From Candidatus Bathyarchaeota archaeon (GTDB lineage: Archaea > Thermoproteota > Bathyarchaeia > Bathyarchaeales > WUQV01), in assembly GCA_029934005.1 (NCBI GenBank), contig JAOZNA010000003.1:1-33487 (forward strand): DNA of 33,487 nucleotides. The letters run 5' to 3'. Below are positions 26,614-33,487 of this stretch, piece by piece. The notes under the pieces are model-generated. The model searched no databases and had not been told where the DNA came from. It saw nothing but the letters and a program-made list of their open reading frames with translations. The translations under genes were made by a program, and so were the position numbers. Each line of letters starts with the position of its first letter. Within the stretch, counting starts at the first letter, position 1.

Positions 26614-28791
26614 TCAATGTCCAGGCATGTTTAAACCTTTATAGATCTCACACTCGCCATTCGAGTATAGCTTATTTTGGCTCTCAAGTATGTTGGACAC
26701 TTCAGTTATGTTCAATCTGTAGTATCCTATATCTGGAAGGTGGGTAGCGACTTTTTTGTTTATTACACTTGTATAGCCTAGGTAAATGAATTCATTATCG
26801 CCCAAGCTGGATTTCGTCCTATTAGATAGTAGAAATATCCGTCCTCGTTCAATTAAACTGTAGGCAGTTAAAACATGAAACTTAGACGTTATATCCGAAT
26901 ATACGAAAATGCCTGAGGTGTTTGCGTTTCTGAACAGCCATGTAGCACCAATTACCTCTTCGGGCTCAGTTATAAAACCATGCAATTTCAAGTCGTCCCA
27001 TCTATGCATACTTAAAGGCAAGGACTCACAGCGGACTCCTGCAACTTCATAAATGAAACCTGTTTGAAATAAGAATAGAGGCACCAGCACAAATACAGCT
27101 AAAACTGTAGCTGAAAATTTTTTGAGATTTATTTTGGGTAGATGTTCAATAATTGTTTGTCCGCCCAGTATGCTAAGAGGCGCTAAAACTATGAGAGTTG
27201 TTTGGTAAAAGCGACTCATAAGGAAAGTGTCTGCAAGTTTAGGTAATAGAAGGTTCATCATTATAATTGTCAAATTCGCTGCGCTGATTATTTTGTAATT
27301 TTGGTCAAAGCTTCCTTGCTTACTCTTTACGACTAGCTTTAAGAACCCAACTACAATGAAAAATTCTGTTAAGAGAAATAGAAAAGTGCTAATTCGATGA
27401 AAAATTGTTGGAGTTTCGACTACTCCGAGCCCCTTAAGAGCAGTTCCTCTCGATTGAGGATTGAAAAATTCATTGATGTTACGTATTACGGTGTTTATGG
27501 AATCTAAAAGTAGATTAAATGCCTCTGAAGCGTTTACGTAAATACCCCATGAAAAAGCTATGACTAGATATATCATAGTTAGACTTAACAGAGTTCTTGA
27601 TTCGTTTGTAAATAACATGCCGCTTTTGTAATATTTCATAAATGTTAAGGTAAGAAAGAAGAACAGCATAATGAAAATAAATATGTATGACAATGCATAG
27701 TGTGATGCTACCAGGGCAAAACTGAAAATTACAAACAAAATCTTCCTTTTCATAGGAGTTATTTTTTTGTTGAAGAAGAGGAGTAATAACAGAACATAAA
27801 AAAGTTGGGCTGCCATTTGTTTCGCTGAACCCCATCCTTTACCAGTCGAAATCGTAATGAAGAAGAATGATGCCAAAAAAGCTACTTTACTGTTTGTTTG
27901 CGTGGTATATAATTTGTAAGTTCCTAAAGCCATAAAAGAAACTATAAATGGGTAAAGAATTTTAAATGTCCAAGAAGAGTCTAGTTGCAATATTTGCGAA
28001 AAAATTGTTGGCAGTATTGTTACACTTATCATGGAATATGTTGGAAACAAAACATGTGCGTACGCAGAAGGAGACATTGCGGAGTTCCAGAAAAAGCTTA
28101 TCTCCGTAAATTTGAAAGCTTGATATTCAATCCACTGGTCCCCTTTTCCGATGATATATTCTGTCACTATAGACGTATCTCCGAAGATAAAAAACAGAGC
28201 TGACAAACATATGGTAAACAAAATTAAGGGATGCAATATTTGGTTTTTTCGTCCAAAGAAAGCACCTAGCAAGAATAGGATGGAAATCACAAGTATTAAA
28301 AAGAGAAAGATATGACTATCTTTTGTTATATTCAATGTTAACACGCCAAATATTCCTAAAATAATTGTTATTAGGGAAAAGGCGAAAATCAAAATGGTTT
28401 GTTTGTTAAATGGTAGGTGATGTGAATTTCTTTTTGTCTCCTTACTTGCTTCCATATTTAATATGTAACTTAAAATTATTTCTACAAGAATTATGGTGCT
28501 TTGGGTTATTAATAGCAGTGCCGATGACAATGGTTGTGTAATGTCAAAGACCGGGCAAAGTTCATTTATAAAGAGCCCGGTGAGCATTAGAAATGCTACA
28601 CTTAGGCCTACCGAGAAAAGGATGGTTTCAGTCGTGTCAAACTTTTTTAATCTGAGTAACCGTAGGAAAACTAATCCTGGAATGAAAGTAAGGTAAAAAA
28701 AGCCAATGACTTGCTTGACTATAGGAATATTAAAAAGTATCGTAATGTAGAAGATAAATTGCAAAGTGAGAATGCTTATCAGAAAGTCCAT
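26614..28791 (-). CDS. Large polytopic membrane protein with C-terminal soluble domain; possible GT-C-like or polymerase-like component (DUF2206-like?)
   Basis: 725 aa with an ATG start, about 15 or more hydrophobic helices over about 560 aa, then a soluble tail of about 150 aa. No WWDYG-type AglB motif was seen. It sits between GT genes. Confidence 0.8.
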   Translation of the reverse strand: MDFLISILTLQFIFYITILFNIPIVKQVIGFFYLTFIPGLVFLRLLRLKKFDTTETILFSVGLSVAFLMLTGLFINELCPVFDITQPLSSALLLITQSTIILVEIILSYILNMEASKETKRNSHHLPFNKQTILIFAFSLITIILGIFGVLTLNITKDSHIFLFLILVISILFLLGAFFGRKNQILHPLILFTICLSALFFIFGDTSIVTEYIIGKGDQWIEYQAFKFTEISFFWNSAMSPSAYAHVLFPTYSMISVTILPTIFSQILQLDSSWTFKILYPFIVSFMALGTYKLYTTQTNSKVAFLASFFFITISTGKGWGSAKQMAAQLFYVLLLLLFFNKKITPMKRKILFVIFSFALVASHYALSYIFIFIMLFFFLTLTFMKYYKSGMLFTNESRTLLSLTMIYLVIAFSWGIYVNASEAFNLLLDSINTVIRNINEFFNPQSRGTALKGLGVVETPTIFHRISTFLFLLTEFFIVVGFLKLVVKSKQGSFDQNYKIISAANLTIIMMNLLLPKLADTFLMSRFYQTTLIVLAPLSILGGQTIIEHLPKINLKKFSATVLAVFVLVPLFLFQTGFIYEVAGVRCESLPLSMHRWDDLKLHGFITEPEEVIGATWLFRNANTSGIFVYSDITSKFHVLTAYSLIERGRIFLLSNRTKSSLGDNEFIYLGYTSVINKKVATHLPDIGYYRLNITEVSNILESQNKLYSNGECEIYKGLNMPGH

Positions 28792-28809
28792 ATTTTTCCA
28801 TCTACCATT

Positions 28810-29691
28810 CTAAAGTTCATTTAAACAAAATCTCCTTCTTAACGTGTTCTGTTCTCCAAATTCTTTATGAAAATTAGACATTTTTGCAAGCGCTTTTAAT
28901 TCCTCCCAAACTCTAATTGCATTCATCAGTGGGGAATATAAAAAAAGAGCCGGGTGCACTGCTACTGATAGTTTTACTCCATTCCATAAAGATTCTAGAA
29001 TGGAATAAGCTAGTCTACTGTAGACTCTACTGCGAGAAGAACTTAAAGCTTGACTTGCAGAACCATCAATAAATGCGCGGCCCTGTACCCACCAGCGAAT
29101 ATGCTTAAGGAATTCTAACATGTTCATAGGGTGATAGACGACGGCTTCTTTGACCCATTTCCATTGATATCCCGCTTTTATTATACGATAATATAGTTCA
29201 TAATCTTCACCAGCTCCTGTTATTTCTTTGTTAAAGTTACCTACCTCTAGTATAGCTTTACGTCTAAACATTACATTATTACATCCTATATAGACAGATG
29301 CAGTGCGACGTATATATTCCCAAAGGGATTCTAAAGGCTTGCATCCATACCCAAAAATACATGTTCCTGTAACAGCTGCAACCTTTTGATTTTTGAAGGG
29401 CTTAATTATGTGCTGGAACCATTCTCTAGTCAGTATCACGTCGGAGTCGATCATCGCAACTATTTCAGAGGTTGCTTTTTCAATTCCCAAAGCTCTAGCT
29501 GCTCCTAATCCTTTGTCTCCGTCCCAGAATACTTGAGTAGCGTATTTTTCAGCTATTTCTTTTGTGTTATCCCGAGAACTTCCATATATTACAATAAGAT
29601 TTTCAAAAGGGACGTATTTTATAATTTGTCGCAGTGCTCTCTCTAATAAGACTGCTCGATTCTTAGCGCAAACAACTACATCTACCCTCAT
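28810..29691 (-). CDS. GT2-family glycosyltransferase
   Basis: 293 aa with an ATG start. Motifs: VDVVVCAKNRAVLLERAL, GLGAARALGIEKATSEIVAMIDSDV. Confidence 0.8.
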   Translation of the reverse strand: MRVDVVVCAKNRAVLLERALRQIIKYVPFENLIVIYGSSRDNTKEIAEKYATQVFWDGDKGLGAARALGIEKATSEIVAMIDSDVILTREWFQHIIKPFKNQKVAAVTGTCIFGYGCKPLESLWEYIRRTASVYIGCNNVMFRRKAILEVGNFNKEITGAGEDYELYYRIIKAGYQWKWVKEAVVYHPMNMLEFLKHIRWWVQGRAFIDGSASQALSSSRSRVYSRLAYSILESLWNGVKLSVAVHPALFLYSPLMNAIRVWEELKALAKMSNFHKEFGEQNTLRRRFCLNEL

Positions 29692-29709
29692 AATAATTCG
29701 CCATAAACT

Positions 29710-30792
29710 TTAACGATTCAATTTCTGTAAATCTAATAGTGGTCTGTATGTACCATCTCCTATCTTTTTGGATAACAGCCATTTTAATCCTATCATTTCT
29801 GAATAGAATTTGCCTTTTAGATTAGCAATCTGTTGGTGATCTTTATCTATAACGAATTTTTTTAAATTAATCAGTGAAGAGAAGATAAGCCAAGTAATTC
29901 TATACAGCAGGGAGAGGCTTGGCTCTGAGCCGTATAATCTATAGAACAGAAGGTTATGTTCAATGCATCTTAAAAGAGCCCTTCTATAGTTTCTTATGCT
30001 ACGCGTTAAAGTTTGGCCATGAATGAGATGGTAAACGCTCGCTTTAGGGTTAAAAATGAGAAAATATCCCTTTTTCCATAGATACCAACCTAGAAACTGC
30101 TCCCATGCTAAGCCAAGAATCCATGAGTTTGGAAATTTAAAGTCTTTGATAGCTTTGCGCAAAACAGACATGTTCGCGCCCATACCAAGTAAGGATTCAA
30201 CGGGCTGACGCCAAGCAATACGAGAAAGATTAGAATTATATTTCACAACTCCGGCTTTGGATAAGTAAACAAGGTAATTTTCCATTCCTTCAAGCGGCTG
30301 ACTCCAAACCTTATGGAAAATATTTTCAAGATAAGATAAGAATCTAAAGTTAGGTATAATATGTGATGCGCCTTTAATTTCTATAATTTTGCTTCCCTCA
30401 AATTTTGCTGGTATAACGTTTCCAGCAACTCCACCAACATCACGCTTCTTGTAAGATTCTATGTGTCTCTGGGCCCACTCTATGCAAGGAACCGCATCAT
30501 CATCCAAAAAAGCTATAATATCACCCTTAACACGTTTAAGCCCAAGATTCAAAGCATCCACAACATAGCCACTGTTTTGCAGTACTAATTCTATTTCCAG
30601 CCATTTCTTAAACTTCTCGATGACACTTTCTGTTTCATCATTATCGCTGGGTTTCAACACTATTACAACTTCAAAGTCCTTGAATGTCTGTTTTTTCAAC
30701 CCTTCTAAGACATAACTTAACAAGCTAGCGCGCTTAAATGTTGGGATTAGAACTGAGATATACATTTTAATCTCTCTTATAGAATAAGACAT
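29710..30792 (-). CDS. GT2-family glycosyltransferase
   Basis: 360 aa with an ATG start (alternative M10 at 30765). Motifs: ISVLIPTFKRASLL, ALNLGLKRVKGDIIAFLDDDAVP. Confidence 0.8.
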   Translation of the reverse strand: MSYSIREIKMYISVLIPTFKRASLLSYVLEGLKKQTFKDFEVVIVLKPSDNDETESVIEKFKKWLEIELVLQNSGYVVDALNLGLKRVKGDIIAFLDDDAVPCIEWAQRHIESYKKRDVGGVAGNVIPAKFEGSKIIEIKGASHIIPNFRFLSYLENIFHKVWSQPLEGMENYLVYLSKAGVVKYNSNLSRIAWRQPVESLLGMGANMSVLRKAIKDFKFPNSWILGLAWEQFLGWYLWKKGYFLIFNPKASVYHLIHGQTLTRSIRNYRRALLRCIEHNLLFYRLYGSEPSLSLLYRITWLIFSSLINLKKFVIDKDHQQIANLKGKFYSEMIGLKWLLSKKIGDGTYRPLLDLQKLNR

Positions 30793-30864
30793 AAGATTTA
30801 TTACATACTACACCATAAGTATACGCGAAGAAAATGTACACAAAAATCGAAAACATTTTAACTC

Positions 30865-33177
30865 GTGAAACCTCGTATAAGAAGGAGGAAAAATAGAAGA
30901 TTGCAAAAATCAGAACTAAACGGTATACTTTTGATTCTTATAGTAGCATTTGGATCAATAAGTCTTTCTTTGGCCTTCGTAGTTAGCAAAATCCCCGTAG
31001 GAAAAGTTCCTGTAAGAAACATAGGTAAGATAGTGATCCATAAAATTTGGGATGATTGCAACCGAGTTAATGGCTGGAGGGTTCATAGCAGTCAGTCACC
31101 TCCATACACAGGTGAAAATATCATTGAAACGGACACTACGGACAAGATTGAAGGTAATGCCAGCCTAAAAATGACTTTTGCTGCTACGGGGGCCAATTGG
31201 GGGGGATATTTCGTTAAAGAGGGACATTGGAATTTCTCTGAAACCCCGATTTTGAGGATGAGACTTAAATGTAACTCACCACCACCTGACAAATTCACAT
31301 TTGCTTACAGAGTTCCCGGCACATGGTCGGCATACAATCTCACTGAAAAAATAACCTCGTTTGGCGAATGGTTAACTATAGATTTCGATTTACGACTTCC
31401 AGAAAAAGGAGAGCAATTTCCGGATTTAACAAATGTGGTGTGGGTCGAATTTTCATGCTGGCAACTAATACAGGAGCCATTTTCATTTAACATAGATTAT
31501 ATAGAAGCTTTACCTGGCCCTAAAATCCCTTTAGACGCTCGTATAAGACCGGAGAGTGCTTGGACAGTAGTAGGTGCACCTGTTACATTTAATGTGGATG
31601 TAAAGGGTGGCATAAAGCCCTATTCATATCAGTGGTCTGTGAACGGTACAATTCAACTTGAAACATCGAGTACTTTCACCTTTACACCAACAGCTGAGGG
31701 TGAACACACGGTAACTTGTGTTGTAAAAGATGCTGAGGGTTCTAATTTAACTTTGACTGCAAGTGTAACAGCAGTTGTAGTTACTCCTCCACCTCCTTCA
31801 CCGCCGAGCGTGGATGTTTTTAAAAGCGAAATCCGCGGGGTGTATATAAGTAACTGGATGTTAAGAAATCCGATTTGGGATGAAATTGCTGAGACTTGTC
31901 TTAATTACGGGATTAACACTATAGTAATTCAGATAACCCCTACAGAGATTTGGGATAGCTCCACAGAAAGCGTCAAAGATTACCCGCCTCTTCGTGAAGC
32001 GATAAATACTTTTCATAATTACGGGTTTAATGTTCATACACTCGTAAACGTCGCATATAATAACATACCTGGTATGACAGTAACCTTACCTGACGGGAGT
32101 TCGGAAACTTGGTTGTGTCTAACCAAGAACAAAACTAGACAAGCATGGAAGGCGATGCTTGAATCTCTAGTTGGAGACTATGAAATAGACGGTTTAATGT
32201 TTGATTATATACGCTGGAAGCACACGCGTATGTGCTTCTGTGACGAATGCAAAGAAAAATTCATAGCGGATACTGGTTTGACAGATGTTAACTGGCCAGA
32301 TGACTGTCTAGAAGGGGGACGCTATTACTGGGACTTCATACAGTGGCGGCTTAATCCTATAACGGAGTTCGTCGGAGACGCCGTTGGCTGGATGAAAGCT
32401 ATAAAACCGGATATAATAATATCTGCGTGTGTCTTCACAGCGTTTAGCAACTGTGGAAATTACTGGGTTACAAGTATAGGACAACATACTGCCGACTGGG
32501 TTGATAAAGGATACTTAGACTTTGTTACTCCCATGATGTACACAACTAGCGCTGGAGTCGCGGTTAGTTACATGCTAGACAGCATGAATTTCTATACTGG
32601 CGGAGCGGAAGGAAAGATTCCCATGGTTCCATTCATAACAAACGTTGACATGTCTAAAGATGAATATACTCCCATGCCAGTTGAAACTTTCGTTGATATA
32701 GTAAGGCAGTTAAAAGAAAATGGCGCGGATGGATGGATTATATGGAGATATGGTGGGCCGGGCTTCGAAAATGATCCCTTCAGGAAGTTTCCGGATATAA
32801 GACCGCACCTTGCAGGGTTAATAGATGCAGGTCTAATGGAACCCGTATGGGCCATTCAAAACTTAACGATATCAGTGAATTCGGAAAAAAATGAGGCAAC
32901 TATTTCATGGGTAACAACTATACCTACTACTGGCAGAATTGAGTATTCAAATCAAACAATTTTTAATGGGACAATTAGGTATGGCGATTTTGGGAGGCCA
33001 ATATACTATAAGGATATTGATTATATCGGCGGCAAAATTATAGAAAATACAACATTAAGTACTACACATGTATTTGTTATTCCAATAACCAATCAAACAG
33101 AGTTTAGAATTCAAAGCGTTGATGCGAATGGAGTTACAATAACAAGTAAGCCTATATCCATCCAACAGTTTTTCTAA
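30865..33177 (+). CDS. Membrane-anchored extracellular glycoside-hydrolase-like protein: CBM-like + PKD + Pro-rich linker + GHL10/DUF187-like TIM barrel + FN3-like
   Basis: 770 aa with a GTG start. A basic N-terminus is followed by the TM segment ILLILIVAFGSISLSLAFVV. The PKD-like segment is VGAPVTFNVDVKGGIKPYSYQWSVNG...HTVTCVVKDAEGS. The linker is TPPPPSPPS. GHL10-like motifs are GINTIVIQ, DGLMFDYIRWKHTRMCFCDECKEKF and DFVTPMMY. The C-terminal segment ATISWVTTIPTTGRIEY is FN3-like. Confidence 0.8.
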   Translation: MKPRIRRRKNRRLQKSELNGILLILIVAFGSISLSLAFVVSKIPVGKVPVRNIGKIVIHKIWDDCNRVNGWRVHSSQSPPYTGENIIETDTTDKIEGNASLKMTFAATGANWGGYFVKEGHWNFSETPILRMRLKCNSPPPDKFTFAYRVPGTWSAYNLTEKITSFGEWLTIDFDLRLPEKGEQFPDLTNVVWVEFSCWQLIQEPFSFNIDYIEALPGPKIPLDARIRPESAWTVVGAPVTFNVDVKGGIKPYSYQWSVNGTIQLETSSTFTFTPTAEGEHTVTCVVKDAEGSNLTLTASVTAVVVTPPPPSPPSVDVFKSEIRGVYISNWMLRNPIWDEIAETCLNYGINTIVIQITPTEIWDSSTESVKDYPPLREAINTFHNYGFNVHTLVNVAYNNIPGMTVTLPDGSSETWLCLTKNKTRQAWKAMLESLVGDYEIDGLMFDYIRWKHTRMCFCDECKEKFIADTGLTDVNWPDDCLEGGRYYWDFIQWRLNPITEFVGDAVGWMKAIKPDIIISACVFTAFSNCGNYWVTSIGQHTADWVDKGYLDFVTPMMYTTSAGVAVSYMLDSMNFYTGGAEGKIPMVPFITNVDMSKDEYTPMPVETFVDIVRQLKENGADGWIIWRYGGPGFENDPFRKFPDIRPHLAGLIDAGLMEPVWAIQNLTISVNSEKNEATISWVTTIPTTGRIEYSNQTIFNGTIRYGDFGRPIYYKDIDYIGGKIIENTTLSTTHVFVIPITNQTEFRIQSVDANGVTITSKPISIQQFF

Positions 33178-33180
33178 AAA

Positions 33181-33186
33181 TTTTTT
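33181..33186 (+). terminator. Oligo-T tract immediately after the 33177 stop
   Basis: A tttttt run starts 4 nt after the TAA. Archaeal termination commonly uses oligo-T. Confidence 0.3.
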
Positions 33187-33253
33187 ATGATACATGGTAC
33201 GTTATATTCCTGCAATACTAAACGGACTATAAAATGCCACTGTTCGACTTATG

Positions 33254-33487
33254 TCAATCTATTTTTATGCATTTTAGGAGAATACTCCTAGAAAGTACCT
33301 CAGGAAGAAGTTTGCTTAAAAGTCTTTCCGTTAGAATAAGTAGATGCAATATTGTTGTGTTATAAAATATGTTCCAAACGTTATGGGGTATTTTTTGAAG
33401 CGGAGCAGATTTTACTGCAACTAATTTAAATTCTCTAAGCAGATTTCTAACCTTATAAAGATTAAAGACGTGTGCTCCTCTTGCACT
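33254..33487 (-). CDS. Possible 3' fragment of a CDS running in from the right edge (hypothetical)
   Basis: The minus-strand frame is open from the window edge to TGA (plus-strand tca at 33254-33256). It reads 77 codons, ...ARGAHVFNLYKVRNLLREFKLVAV...ILLKCIKID*. It is absent from the ORF track because it has no start within the window. Confidence 0.3.
   Translation of the reverse strand, partial: SARGAHVFNLYKVRNLLREFKLVAVKSAPLQKIPHNVWNIFYNTTILHLLILTERLLSKLLPEVLSRSILLKCIKID

Noticed and set aside
27515-27835. 106-aa minus-strand ORF in another frame of the 725-aa membrane protein gene
   Set aside because: It is fully nested in a much longer ORF with coherent TM architecture. The same reasoning applies to other nested track ORFs: 2362-2577, 3661-3861, 3930-4118, 4193-4423, 4635-4841, 5638-5880, 6148-6336, 7192-7680, 7851-8274, 10197-10409, 11027-11368, 11436-12875, 13611-13829, 14957-15541, 16797-17117, 19328-20005, 20585-20857, 21920-22132, 22269-22994, 23585-23893, 27985-28696, 30858-31493 and 32592-32855.
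26614-28791. AglB/STT3 oligosaccharyltransferase
   Set aside because: No WWDYG-type motif or DxD/DK-type motifs were recognisable in the 725-aa protein.
1-33487. CRISPR arrays, rRNA genes, IS elements with terminal inverted repeats plus transposase
   Set aside because: No regularly spaced direct repeats, no rRNA-like conserved stretches and no transposase- or integrase-like ORFs were found on either strand.

Overview
This is a low-GC window that looks archaeal. The evidence is a class-II tRNA-Leu with an archaeal-type sequence, an archaeosortase, A/T-rich TATA-like boxes about 25-50 nt upstream of starts, GGTGA/GGAGG SD-like motifs, and several genes that only have TTG/GTG starts. It is almost entirely cell-envelope/accessory DNA.

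(1) 1-8.8 kb holds three large secreted proteins: an SBBP beta-propeller/TSP3-repeat protein, a 1300-aa protein of unknown function, and a translationally coupled alpha/alpha-toroid-like protein. They sit among short G-rich sequence copies that resemble the 3' end of the tRNA-Leu(CAG) gene at 8768-8855.

(2) 10.2-14.8 kb is a minus-strand operon, read in transcription order. It starts with two small secreted proteins that carry a shared, unnamed C-terminal tripartite sorting signal. Next comes a 687-aa archaeosortase fused to a zinc ribbon, an EpsI-like ectodomain and a C-terminal winged helix. Two membrane proteins follow.

(3) 14.9-30.8 kb is a co-directional EPS/glycan locus. It encodes three GT2, two GT4, a Wzx-like flippase, a pyruvyl transferase, GalU, a UDP-glucose-DH-family enzyme and a 725-aa polytopic membrane protein. 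A Gfo/Idh/MocA gene and a DUF362-like gene are frameshifted, and there is a 0.8-kb stretch of decayed genes.

(4) 30.9-33.2 kb is a divergent, membrane-anchored CBM-PKD-GHL10-FN3 hydrolase-like protein.

The most interesting candidate system is the fused archaeosortase with its cognate substrates next to an EPS locus. It looks like an archaeal counterpart of the bacterial PEP-CTERM/EpsH/EpsI arrangement with a built-in DNA-binding module. All family calls are motif recognition by eye; no searches were run.
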